Below, in pieces: positions 1 to 9,590 of a DNA stretch of 64,000 nt. Positions within the stretch are counted from its first letter, which is position 1, and every line of letters starts with the position of its first letter. The DNA comes from an uncultured Candidatus Saccharibacteria bacterium (GTDB lineage Bacteria; Patescibacteriota; Dojkabacteria; B142; JAFGMG01). Location of the stretch: NCBI GenBank assembly GCA_964391325.1, contig CAYMJM010000001.1, positions 1,438 through 65,437 on the forward strand, read 5' to 3'. The translations under genes were made by a program, and so were the position numbers. Below the pieces are notes generated by a model, which saw nothing but the letters and a program-made list of their open reading frames with translations, ran no database searches and was not told the origin of the DNA.

Positions 1-70
1 GCAAGCATCGTTGAAATCTCTGGACTATTGTCTGAATTGGTGATACATTATTCTTGGATGCGTTATTCAT
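1..70 (-). CDS. 5' end of a probable CDS running off the window start
   Basis: ATG at 70 on the minus strand, open to position 1 (MNNASKNNVSPIQTIVQRFQRCL); divergent from the gene at 108. Confidence 0.3.
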   Translation of the reverse strand, partial: MNNASKNNVSPIQTIVQRFQRCL

Positions 71-107
71 ATGAACTTATCCGTTTTTATTTTTTAGTAT
101 TAGCTGT

Positions 108-398
108 ATGGATCCGGTAGAAATTACCCTTGTTGTATTAGGGGTCAGTATTGCTGCCTCTATACTCATTTTAGCTATTCAATTAGCAAGGCTTGCACAG
201 AAATTAATCAATTTAATAAATTTTATTGAAGATACAGCAGAATCAGTTACTGATCTTATAAAGGAACTAAAGGATGATTACAGTGGTATAAAAAGCAAGA
301 TGAACTTTACAACTTTAGGTGCGATAGCTTTTACAGGGGTAGTAAAAGTTGGACGCAGCATCAGAAATTTATTTATTAACGAGGAAAACAATGAGTAG
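108..398 (+). CDS. DUF948/YtxG-like membrane protein
   Basis: N-terminal TM helix followed by coiled coil; directly upstream of a YtxH-like gene, a known pairing. Confidence 0.55.
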   Translation: MDPVEITLVVLGVSIAASILILAIQLARLAQKLINLINFIEDTAESVTDLIKELKDDYSGIKSKMNFTTLGAIAFTGVVKVGRSIRNLFINEENNE

Positions 399-654
399 AC
401 ATAATACAGATTCTCCTTTGTCTTTTATGCTTGGAGCTGTCTTTGGAGCTATGGTCGGAGCAGTTGTCGGAGCATACCTAGTAGATCCTGAAGGCGCTAA
501 GAAAGCTGCCAAAAAGGCTAGGGCTAAAGTCGAGGACGCTGCAGCCAAAGGCAAGGATTTTGTTCAGGAAAAGTATGAGGAGAGCATTAAGCCGAAGGTC
601 GAGGAGGTTAAAGAAAAAGCTGAGGAAAAAGTCAAACAGACACGAGTCAGCTAG
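391..654 (+). CDS. YtxH-domain protein
   Basis: FMLGAVFGAMVGAVVGAYL Gly-rich TM plus Lys/Glu/Ala coiled tail; GAGGA RBS before ATG 391. Confidence 0.7.
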   Translation: MSRHNTDSPLSFMLGAVFGAMVGAVVGAYLVDPEGAKKAAKKARAKVEDAAAKGKDFVQEKYEESIKPKVEEVKEKAEEKVKQTRVS

Positions 655-1366
655 GATAAACGCGGTGAATAAATCCGGCCACTTCATCTGGGAGCTGCTG
701 TATTAAGTAGTGACCTTCATCAGGGTAAGTAACTACTTCAACGCCCTCTATTTGATTTACTGCATTTAGCTGTGCTTTGTAACCGAGTAAATCATCTTGG
801 GATCCTAAGAGTATGAATAAAGGTTTGGTTTGGTCATAGACGGTCAAATTGTTCTTCTGTAAATCTTTAAGCAAGTCTTTTAACCCCAAAAGCCCTTTAA
901 TGTGTTTTAATGTCGAGATTCGAAAAATAGTAGGCGGAATTGGTAGACCTTTCTGCTTGAGAATACTATTGGACTCTTGCGCTTCCTTGTAGCTAACTAC
1001 CAAGTACTTAAATAAGGAGTCTTGGAAGGCTACCGCTGGCGATATGGCTATAGTCGAGTATATCTTGTTCGGGATTGCCTTATGAAGAAGTAAGGACATA
1101 GTGCCTCCTAAAGAGTGTCCTACAAGTAAAAATTTATCTAGCCCTAGTTCTTCTATTGCTTCTAGTATGCAGTTGGTATACGATTTTAATGAGGCCTGCT
1201 TCAAGGCGGGTTTTTCTCCGAAACCAGGATAAAGTATATCAATAACTTTGTAGCTATGCCTTAATTTTTTTAGAAAAGTGTTATAAGAGTTGTGATATAT
1301 CCCTCCTACTCCGGGAAGAAAAAGGATAGGCTTTCCTTCCCCTTGTATTTTTACATCTACTCTCAT
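647..1366 (-). CDS. alpha/beta hydrolase
   Basis: GHSLGG nucleophile elbow, GSQDD acid loop, EGH catalytic His. Confidence 0.85.
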   Translation of the reverse strand: MRVDVKIQGEGKPILFLPGVGGIYHNSYNTFLKKLRHSYKVIDILYPGFGEKPALKQASLKSYTNCILEAIEELGLDKFLLVGHSLGGTMSLLLHKAIPNKIYSTIAISPAVAFQDSLFKYLVVSYKEAQESNSILKQKGLPIPPTIFRISTLKHIKGLLGLKDLLKDLQKNNLTVYDQTKPLFILLGSQDDLLGYKAQLNAVNQIEGVEVVTYPDEGHYLIQQLPDEVAGFIHRVYPS

Positions 1367-1368
1367 GC

Positions 1369-2295
1369 CTATTTTATATATTTGAGTATGGCCATGTAGC
1401 TGGTAATTGTGCCTAGTATCGCGCCAGTTATCAGGAAGGAAATAAAGACTGTGAGAATGTTGATTACATTAAACTGTGGCCAGGCTAGCTGTCCAAACAA
1501 GTTATTCAGGAATACCATGGTGGGAGAAGTCATGGCAGTATAATAAATTACTGCGCCAAATCCTACAAGTAAAATGTTGGATATTAAAGCTCCAGCAATT
1601 CCGTATATCGTTCCTTCCAATATAAAAGGCATGCGTATAAACCATAGGCTTCCCCCGACCAGCTGCATAATTCCTATTTCTTCGGATCGGTTGTAGGTTC
1701 TAAACTCAACAGTAAACAAGGTAAATAGAAAGACCACTATAAGCAGAAGTGTCATGATTACTGCTCCTCCGAGTCTTAGCCAACTAAAGACATCTCTAAT
1801 GTTATTAATGGTGTCCTCGCTGTATCTAACCCTAAAAATATCTTCATTATTTTCCTGCTCGTTGTTGACTAGATTTATGATATCTTCTGCTGTATCAACA
1901 CTATGTAACCTGAGAGCTAGGCTGGCAGGAAGTGTTCTATCTTTGATAGCTTCGGCAGCCAGAGGGTTGACATTTCTTTGAGAATTGTAAAATTCTTCTA
2001 CTGCCTGTTCTTCTGAAGTGTACTCTATATAGTCAATATTAGCTTCTCCTTCCCATCTTGATTTGAGTGCCAGTATATTCTCTTCAGGGATATCTGTTTG
2101 GAAGAAAACGTAAATATGCGGTTTATTTTCAATATATTTCAAAAACAAGTTTGAAGTATATGCAATAGCTCCAAATATTGAAATGACTAGGAAAGCCAAA
2201 GTCATTACTAATATGGATGTCCAGGCAAGCCATCCACTTCTTTTTATCTGCTTTGCAGTCGTTTGCAGAACTCTTTTGCTAGTTACTAATGCCAT
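1369..2295 (-). CDS. ftsX: cell division permease FtsX
   Basis: 4-TM architecture, EIGIMQLVGGS..FIRMPFILEG motif, overlaps ftsE. Confidence 0.92.
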   Translation of the reverse strand: MALVTSKRVLQTTAKQIKRSGWLAWTSILVMTLAFLVISIFGAIAYTSNLFLKYIENKPHIYVFFQTDIPEENILALKSRWEGEANIDYIEYTSEEQAVEEFYNSQRNVNPLAAEAIKDRTLPASLALRLHSVDTAEDIINLVNNEQENNEDIFRVRYSEDTINNIRDVFSWLRLGGAVIMTLLLIVVFLFTLFTVEFRTYNRSEEIGIMQLVGGSLWFIRMPFILEGTIYGIAGALISNILLVGFGAVIYYTAMTSPTMVFLNNLFGQLAWPQFNVINILTVFISFLITGAILGTITSYMAILKYIK

Positions 2296-3442
2296 CTTTA
2301 ATTAAATTAAGAACTGAATTAATTTGTTTTAAATCTTTTGGGGACAATTCATCAATTCTGCTCAATTTTTTATATCCAGCTTCTTGCAGCGAGCGAATGT
2401 CGTCATACCCAAAGGCCTTTAAAATACTTATTAACTTAGGGTTGAATCCTACATCTTTGATATCAGTATCTACCGTTACTTTTTTCTCCTTTTCAGTCCG
2501 GTCAATTTTTTGCTGGATTTTTGTCTCGAATTCTTCATTTTTACTTTTTTTCTTCTGCCTTTGTGTAAGACTAATAGCAGGTTCTGGATCAACCGATTGC
2601 TTTTTCTTCTTTGTCGGTTTCTTTTTCTCCTGTTTTATTTCTATTGTTTCAGCTGCTTCTGCGTTGTCGTTGATAGGATCTTCTTTGTCTGTGTTGTCTT
2701 TATGTTCTATAGCCCCTTCCTGCTCTGACTCGGCAATCTTTTTGATGGTTTCAATTTCTGCATGATCTTTGTACTTCCCTTTGATTGCGTCTCTCGTAAT
2801 ACGTCCATTTTCCAATGTTATTACTCTTTTGCCTAAGTTGTCTACTATACCGGAACCATGCGTGGCCATGAGTACAGTTGTTCCCCAATTGTTGATTTTA
2901 GACAATATTTGAACTATGTCCCAAGCTGAGTCTGGGTCCAGATTCCCTGTCGGTTCATCTGCTATTAGAAGTTTGGGATTATTTGATATTGCTCTGGCGA
3001 TTGCAACACGCTGCTTCTCTCCGCCAGAGAGCTGATTGGGGAAAGCGTCGCTTTTATTAGATAATCCTACAATATCCAGTACATAAGGGACGGTTTCCTT
3101 GATGTCGCGTGTGCTTTTGCCTGCAGCCTCCATAGCAAAGGAGACATTTTCAAATGCCGTTTTGTCAGGGACCAGTTTGTAGTCTTGAAATACCACTCCA
3201 ATCTTTCGCCTTAATTCATAGATCTGGCGTCTTTTATAGTTGGTTATTTCCTCGTCATCGAAATAAATTCTGCCTTCAGTTGGTTTTTCCTCTCGTATCA
3301 AATGCCGAATAATGGTAGTTTTCCCTGACCCAGAAGGGCCGATTAGAAAAAGAAATTCACCTTCGTTTATCTCAAAGCTTATACTGTCCAGAGCCAGGTA
3401 GTTATTGGGATATAGTTTTGAAACAGATATAAATTGAATCAC
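2279..3442 (-). CDS. ftsE: cell division ATPase FtsE with long C-terminal extension
   Basis: GPSGSGKTT, VVFQDYKL, LSGGEKQRVAIARA, ADEPTGNLD; GTG start; about 160 extra C-terminal residues. Confidence 0.92.
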   Translation of the reverse strand: MIQFISVSKLYPNNYLALDSISFEINEGEFLFLIGPSGSGKTTIIRHLIREEKPTEGRIYFDDEEITNYKRRQIYELRRKIGVVFQDYKLVPDKTAFENVSFAMEAAGKSTRDIKETVPYVLDIVGLSNKSDAFPNQLSGGEKQRVAIARAISNNPKLLIADEPTGNLDPDSAWDIVQILSKINNWGTTVLMATHGSGIVDNLGKRVITLENGRITRDAIKGKYKDHAEIETIKKIAESEQEGAIEHKDNTDKEDPINDNAEAAETIEIKQEKKKPTKKKKQSVDPEPAISLTQRQKKKSKNEEFETKIQQKIDRTEKEKKVTVDTDIKDVGFNPKLISILKAFGYDDIRSLQEAGYKKLSRIDELSPKDLKQINSVLNLIKDGISN

Positions 3443-3569
3443 ACTAGTTTGAAATTAAAAGTTCCATAAACTAGTATAGCGAACAAATTTAATTTGAGCA
3501 ATTTCAGTCAAGTATTTTATGTAAATAGGGTCTTGACTTTAGTATAATAGAGTAATTACAGTTTATATC

Positions 3570-4049
3570 ATGAAAGGAAAATTTGTACTAGTTTTGCTGT
3601 TTGCTATATTATTTATAAATATTGCGGCAGTCTTATTTCAAGAGAGTAAGTCCACGGAGTTCAATACAGGCACCTTAGTTAATGAGATAAATTTGACAGA
3701 ACAGGTTGATACCGAGGAAAAAGAAACTGGCAGTATAGGAGAAAGCGGAGCATTTATACAAAGAGCTGAAGCTGCCGTTGATAATTCAACCGCGCTGGAA
3801 AAGTCTCGGGCTAACCAGTTGCGGATAAACCAGAATCAAAAGTGGACAGCAACTGATTATGACTTGGGTGATATACAAACCAATCCTTATGAAGTACAAT
3901 TGGGAGATACACTCTGGGAAATAGCTGAAGCCTACTACGGCAACGGACAATTATGGACGCAAATTCTGGAATTGAATAGCAGTTCAATTGGATATATAGA
4001 TAATATGCAAGTTAAAATTATCCCAGGGCAGATTCTAGTTTTAGAATAA
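3570..4049 (+). CDS. membrane-anchored LysM peptidoglycan-binding protein
   Basis: N-terminal hydrophobic anchor; YEVQLGDTLWEIAEAYYGNG...IIPGQIL LysM motif. Confidence 0.85.
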   Translation: MKGKFVLVLLFAILFINIAAVLFQESKSTEFNTGTLVNEINLTEQVDTEEKETGSIGESGAFIQRAEAAVDNSTALEKSRANQLRINQNQKWTATDYDLGDIQTNPYEVQLGDTLWEIAEAYYGNGQLWTQILELNSSSIGYIDNMQVKIIPGQILVLE

Positions 4050-4246
4050 TTGTTACTTTTTTAGCTATATGAGAAATGTATTTATGGACTTTATGGATTT
4101 TATAATAGGCTGCACAGGAGGATTGGTGGCATTTAGTCTAGGGTGTATTTTTTTGTTTCTCCTATTATTGTGTTGCTGTAGTATGTTAGCCTCTACAAGT
4201 CTATTTACTTAAATTAATCAGGGAAGGATTTCTACTCTAGGGGCAC

Positions 4247-5317
4247 TTATAACTTGATGGTTGCTTCCACAAATTCATGCAGATCTCCATCTAAGACATT
4301 CTCAACTTTATCTGTCTCTACTCCTGTCCTTAAATCTTTGACGAGTTTATATGGATGGAGTACATAATTTCTAATCTGATTTCCCCATCCAGCGATCTTA
4401 TGTTCACCTTTTAACTGGCTTGTTTGAGAAGCTTGTTTTTCCATCTCGATTTGGAATAGCTTTCCTCTTAGGATGTTCATGGCTGCTTCGCGGTTTCGGA
4501 GTTGGCTCCTTTCTGTTGAGCAATGAACCTGAATGCCTGTGGGAATATGTGTCAACCTGACTGCTGTATTAACCTTATTGACATTTTGGCCTCCAGCACC
4601 GCCTGATCGGACTGCGCTAAATTCGATATCTTCAGGTTTCAGGTTGACCTCTAAATCATCTTGAATAATAGGTAATACTTCAACACCTGCGAATGATGTC
4701 TGGCGTAGGCCTTGTGCATTAAAAGGAGAAATTCTCACCAGTCGGTGTGCTCCAGATTCACCTTTTAGATATCCGTAAACGTATCTACCCTCTATTTCCA
4801 TAGAGACAGTAGTTATACCAGTTTCGCTTCCTTTTATGAGATTAGTTATTTCTACTTTCCAGCCTTTTCTCTCAAAAAATTTAAGATACATCCTCATTAG
4901 CATTTCAGTCCAGTCGTTTGCCTCCGTGCCACCTTGGCCGGAATGAATTGACAGAATGGCATTATAGGCATCATACTTCCCATTTAAGTAAGTCTCCAAC
5001 TCAAGCTTGTCAAGTTTTGAAACTGCCAGGTCTCGGGCATCATTTATTTCCTCATTTAGTGCTTGGTTCTCTTCTGCTAGTTCTATGTAGGTAGCTAAAT
5101 CGTTTGTTGCTTCCTGCGCTTCTTTGTATTTGCTTAGGGTTTCTTTTATATCTGCTAATGACTGCATTTGTTCCTGAGCCTTTTGAGGGTCTGTCCAAAA
5201 GTCTTTGGCAAGAGAACGAACTTCTAACTCCTTTTGTTTTTTTTCTAGATCGTGAATCTGTAACTTCTGTCGTAGAGACTCCAATCTCTCTTTTAGCAAT
5301 ATAATTCCTTTCTGCAT
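4247..5317 (-). CDS. prfB: peptide chain release factor 2
   Basis: SPF anticodon-mimic tripeptide, GGQ motif; likely start ATG 5317; no internal frameshift. Confidence 0.95.
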   Translation of the reverse strand: MQKGIILLKERLESLRQKLQIHDLEKKQKELEVRSLAKDFWTDPQKAQEQMQSLADIKETLSKYKEAQEATNDLATYIELAEENQALNEEINDARDLAVSKLDKLELETYLNGKYDAYNAILSIHSGQGGTEANDWTEMLMRMYLKFFERKGWKVEITNLIKGSETGITTVSMEIEGRYVYGYLKGESGAHRLVRISPFNAQGLRQTSFAGVEVLPIIQDDLEVNLKPEDIEFSAVRSGGAGGQNVNKVNTAVRLTHIPTGIQVHCSTERSQLRNREAAMNILRGKLFQIEMEKQASQTSQLKGEHKIAGWGNQIRNYVLHPYKLVKDLRTGVETDKVENVLDGDLHEFVEATIKL

Positions 5318-5321
5318 GATC

Positions 5322-5870
5322 TTAGCTAGAGTAATTCTTGATTTTGCCCTGGGCGATGTTAATCTCATAGGCTACATCTCTGAGCAAAATAATAGTAAGT
5401 AGAAGGCTTATAGTTACAGAGAATAAAAGCACCCAGGTATATGTTTTACCCATAAGGGTGTTAACGATGATTGTAACATTCGTTAACCATACAAAGAGCA
5501 GCCAAATACTGGCTTTGTTGTAAATTTCGAAGGAGTCTTTGACTAGATCAAACAAACCGTTTATCGCCAAGCGAGTTGCTAACCGTGGATCAATATGACT
5601 ACTGTGGAAAAATACTGCCTTAATTACATAGTAACTGAAGCCCAGCAGCATCAGCAATATCACAAAAAGATCCGAATAAGAAGAGGCAAAAGCCAAATCT
5701 TCTCCTAAAAGGACGGGTCTGGCAGATACGATGGAATTTGGGGTGTTTTCTACTCCCCATTCCAAGTTAAATATATTTAACACCAAGTATAAGCCAATAA
5801 ACTTACCTGCAACCATAAGTGCAGCAGGAAAAAGTGATGCGTCTACGATTTTAACTAAGGTTTTGGACAT
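5322..5870 (-). CDS. hypothetical multi-pass membrane protein
   Basis: About 4 hydrophobic segments; GGAGGGAG upstream; lies between rpsT and prfB. Confidence 0.7.
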   Translation of the reverse strand: MSKTLVKIVDASLFPAALMVAGKFIGLYLVLNIFNLEWGVENTPNSIVSARPVLLGEDLAFASSYSDLFVILLMLLGFSYYVIKAVFFHSSHIDPRLATRLAINGLFDLVKDSFEIYNKASIWLLFVWLTNVTIIVNTLMGKTYTWVLLFSVTISLLLTIILLRDVAYEINIAQGKIKNYSS

Positions 5871-5923
5871 CTTATTTTCAACTCCCTCCCCTACTTTAGC
5901 TTACTTTGAAATTTAGGTCAAAA

Positions 5924-6193
5924 TTATTTTGTTTTTGCCGCGTTGATTTGAGTAGCTAGCTTGGCTTTGAGCCTTGCAGCTTTATTCGGGTGAACAGCAT
6001 TGCTTTTGGAAGCTTTGTCTATTTTTTTATAAGCATTTGGTAGTTCTTGTTCTGCTTTTTTTACTTCTCCGGATTTAAGCAAGTCTGTAATTTTTTTACG
6101 AGCCTCTTTGAAGGCGTTCTTCTTATTTAAGTTTACTTGGTGCTTTCTCCCCGAAACCCTGATAGCTTTTCTAGCTGAACTTGTATTTGCCAT
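5924..6193 (-). CDS. rpsT: 30S ribosomal protein S20
   Basis: MANTSSARKAIR...IDKA...HPNKAARLKAKL signature. Confidence 0.96.
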   Translation of the reverse strand: MANTSSARKAIRVSGRKHQVNLNKKNAFKEARKKITDLLKSGEVKKAEQELPNAYKKIDKASKSNAVHPNKAARLKAKLATQINAAKTK

Positions 6194-6358
6194 TTTATTT
6201 TTTTGAAAATAATATTACTGTTGCGATTTTAGCAAGTTTAACTGATATTCTCAAGCTAAGATATATCCAAATGCTTGGGAAAACGTAATAGTGGTAGGTA
6301 ATAATAGCTGTTTTCAAAAAAATGTGATATAGTTTTGTATAAATCTTATGTTTATTTG

Positions 6359-7477
6359 ATGAGCAGTTCCAAAGCAATCACCAAAATAGAAATTACTACC
6401 CTTACTATCATCAAGTCTGTCTGTATACTTGTTGGACTGTATTTTGTGTGGCAGTTGAAGGCTGTTTTCTTTATGTTGTTTTTTGCCTTTATTCTTTATT
6501 CAGCATTCAACCCAGTAGTTAATAAGCTTCAGAAGCGTAATCTACCTAGATGGTTTGCTATCTTTTGTATATATCTGATGCTTTTCATCATTATTTCATT
6601 TATTACCGTTCTAGGTGCGAATGTCCTTATTGGACAGGTACAAGCTCTTTCGAAGGATTTGGATAGTATTATTATTTCATTTTTGCAGGCGTTAGAAAGG
6701 ATTTTCCCGTGGTTACAGAATCAAGTAGATTACAATGACTTTGTCCAGAGTCTTTCAAGCGAAGGGTTTCATAACATACTTTCTTCTAGAAATCTATTTA
6801 GCGCGTTTGGTGTTTTAAGTTCTGTCGGTTCAGTAGCATTGGCTGCCTTCGCTGTAATTATGGTGAGCGTGTACATGTTAGGCCGTAAAGAAAAGTTTTA
6901 CTTAGGTATAATTAAGTATTTCCCTAAAAATCATCATCAGGACTTGGCAAAATTAATGAAGAAAATTGAAGTGGGTTTGGGATCATGGTTTGTTGGGGAG
7001 CTTATTCTGATGCTATCTGTTGGTTTCTTTACTGGAGTAGGTGTAGCATTGCCCGGGTTGTTTTTTGACAGTTATACATTGGATGATTATGCCCTCCCCA
7101 TAGCATTGATAGCTGGGTTGCTGGAAGCCTTACCTAATCTGGGGCCAACTATTACTGTTATAATTTCGGCGATTATTGCTATAGGAAGTGGAGACTTGAC
7201 TACTGCAGAGAGTACCGTTACTACTTTAGCTCAAGCCTCATATGTTAGCGGGTTAGGGCTGTTAATTCAGAATTTAGAAGCTGTGTTTTTGGTCCCGGCA
7301 GTTATGAAGAAGGTTGTCGGTGTCGATCCTATTGTTACCATACTTGCAATAGTTGGAGCTTTAGGTTTGTTTGGGATTATTGGTGCACTTATAATTGTCC
7401 CTATAATAACAACAGTGCAGATAATTATTGATTTTTATAGAGAAAACAATGCTGTCAGGAAGACTTCAGGGACTTGA
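6359..7477 (+). CDS. AI-2E family transporter
   Basis: Multi-TM; LEALPNLGP, IQNLEAVFLVPAVM, LFGIIGALIIVP motifs. Confidence 0.88.
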   Translation: MSSSKAITKIEITTLTIIKSVCILVGLYFVWQLKAVFFMLFFAFILYSAFNPVVNKLQKRNLPRWFAIFCIYLMLFIIISFITVLGANVLIGQVQALSKDLDSIIISFLQALERIFPWLQNQVDYNDFVQSLSSEGFHNILSSRNLFSAFGVLSSVGSVALAAFAVIMVSVYMLGRKEKFYLGIIKYFPKNHHQDLAKLMKKIEVGLGSWFVGELILMLSVGFFTGVGVALPGLFFDSYTLDDYALPIALIAGLLEALPNLGPTITVIISAIIAIGSGDLTTAESTVTTLAQASYVSGLGLLIQNLEAVFLVPAVMKKVVGVDPIVTILAIVGALGLFGIIGALIIVPIITTVQIIIDFYRENNAVRKTSGT

Positions 7478-9566
7478 TTAAATCTCTTATTTCAGCGGCT
7501 TTTTCAAACTCTAGCGAATCAGAGTAGATCTGCATTTGTATTTCTAACTCTTTTAGGAAGCTTTGTCTTTCCTTCTTGTTCATCACTTTGTAGCTTTCAG
7601 CCTGTTTAAGTAAACTTAAGCCAGTTTTGTCAAGTGTGTCATCTCTTTCTTGAGCTCTTTCAAGGCTAGTTTTAGCTTCTTTCACTATTGTTGTGGGAGT
7701 AATGTTATGCTCTATATTGTATTTGTGTTGAATATTTCGTCTTTTTCTGGTTTCGTCTATAGCATATTTCATTGATTTAGTTATTCTGTCTGCATACATT
7801 ATGACTCTGCCTTCGCTATGTCGTGCTGCTCTCCCTATTGTTTGTATTAAACTTGTTTCTGATCTTAAGAATCCCTCTTTGTCCGCATCTAATATGGCAA
7901 CTAGGGACACCTCAGGGAGATCCAGTCCCTCTCTAAGTAAGTTTATCCCTACGACCACATCCACATTTCCAAGTCTAAGCTTCTGTAGGATCTCAACTCT
8001 TTCTATGGCATCCAGATCTGAGTGGAGATAGTGAACTTTGATGCCTGCTTCCTGCAAATAGGTTGTCAAATCTTCAGACATCCTTTTTGTGAGCGTGGTA
8101 ACTAGCACTCTTTGACCTTTTCGAACTGTGGAAGTAATTTCATTTATCAGGTTGTCGATCTGGTTTTCATTGTAGTTTCTGCTTTGATAAAAAGGTATGT
8201 CGGTGTACATATTTTTTCTCATGTCTGCTTTCAGGGTAGCTTGCCGCTTAGCCTCGGTTGGCCTGAGGTCTATTTCGGGATCTAAAAGGCCAGTTGGTCT
8301 GATTAACTGTTCTGCTATACCTTTATAGTTTAATAGTTTCTTTTTTGATGCTTCTACTTTGCTAAGGTTTATTTCATATTCAGCAGGTGTTGCGCTAGCA
8401 TAAATTACCTGATTAATTTTTCTGTTAAACTCATCAAATTTCAGGGGTCTATTATCTTTGGCAGACTGCATCCTGAAACCATATTGAACTAGCATATCCT
8501 TTCTCGACTTATCTCCTGCATACATTCCTCTTACTTGGGGAACTGTCATATGGGACTCATCTATAAACAACAGCCAGTCATCTGGCAGATAATCTAGCAA
8601 GGTTGATGGCGGTGAACCCGGAGGCCTGCCTTCAAAATATCTGGAATAATTTTCAATGCCCGAACAATACCCTGTTTCTTCTAACATTTCTAGATCATAT
8701 TCTGTTCTCTGACGCAGACGCTCTGCTTCAAGCAGCTTGTTTTGATCCTTGAAGGATTTTACTTCTGTAGCGAGATCCTCTCTGATTTTGCCAAGAACTG
8801 ATTTTAATTTATCGTAAGGAGTTACGAACTGTTTAGCTGGGAATATTGTAATCTGGTCAAGGTTTTCAATTATCTCACCTGAAATTGGATTGAATACTTT
8901 TATAGCTTCGATTTCATCTCCAAAAAAACCAATTCTAATAGCGGTTTCTTCTGAAGCTATATTTACATCAACCGTATCTCCTCTTACTCTATAATTGCCT
9001 GTAAAAAAATCATACTCACTTCTTTCATATAACATGTCGGTTAAATGAATCAAAAATTTTTCCTGGCTGTATCTTTGCCCTACTGAAATCTCCCTACTTA
9101 ATGATTTGTAATCTTCGGGATCACCTATACCATAAATACAAGAAACTGAAGCGACAATTATTACGTCTTTTCTTGTCAGTAAGGCCTGCATTGCAGCATT
9201 TCTGTACCTTTCGATATTGTCGTTTATAGATGTTTCTTTTTCTATATAGAGATCTCTGTTTGGAATATATGCCTCGGGCTGATAGTAATCGTAGTAAGAA
9301 ATAAAGTACTCAACTGCGTTGTCTGGGAAAAATTCTCGAAACTCGCTGAATAATTGCGCAGCCAGGGTTTTATTATGGGCTAGAACAAGTGTAGTTTTGC
9401 CGGTATTCTGGATTACGTTGGCCATGGTAAAAGTTTTTCCGGAGCCAGTTACCCCAAGTAGAGTCTGGTGCTTCATGTCCTTCTGGAGTCCTGTGGTAAG
9501 AAACTGAATTGCTTTCCCTTGATCTCCGGAAATTGCGTATTTTGTCTTGAGATTAAAAAGAGGCAT
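7455..9566 (-). CDS. uvrB: excinuclease ABC subunit B
   Basis: LGVTGSGKT, YYDYYQPEAY, DESH, GINLLREGLD, C-terminal FEKAAEIRD. Confidence 0.98.
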   Translation of the reverse strand: MPLFNLKTKYAISGDQGKAIQFLTTGLQKDMKHQTLLGVTGSGKTFTMANVIQNTGKTTLVLAHNKTLAAQLFSEFREFFPDNAVEYFISYYDYYQPEAYIPNRDLYIEKETSINDNIERYRNAAMQALLTRKDVIIVASVSCIYGIGDPEDYKSLSREISVGQRYSQEKFLIHLTDMLYERSEYDFFTGNYRVRGDTVDVNIASEETAIRIGFFGDEIEAIKVFNPISGEIIENLDQITIFPAKQFVTPYDKLKSVLGKIREDLATEVKSFKDQNKLLEAERLRQRTEYDLEMLEETGYCSGIENYSRYFEGRPPGSPPSTLLDYLPDDWLLFIDESHMTVPQVRGMYAGDKSRKDMLVQYGFRMQSAKDNRPLKFDEFNRKINQVIYASATPAEYEINLSKVEASKKKLLNYKGIAEQLIRPTGLLDPEIDLRPTEAKRQATLKADMRKNMYTDIPFYQSRNYNENQIDNLINEITSTVRKGQRVLVTTLTKRMSEDLTTYLQEAGIKVHYLHSDLDAIERVEILQKLRLGNVDVVVGINLLREGLDLPEVSLVAILDADKEGFLRSETSLIQTIGRAARHSEGRVIMYADRITKSMKYAIDETRKRRNIQHKYNIEHNITPTTIVKEAKTSLERAQERDDTLDKTGLSLLKQAESYKVMNKKERQSFLKELEIQMQIYSDSLEFEKAAEIRDLIKSLKSS

Positions 9567-9590
9567 ACCTTAATTTTATCAAATCTGTGG

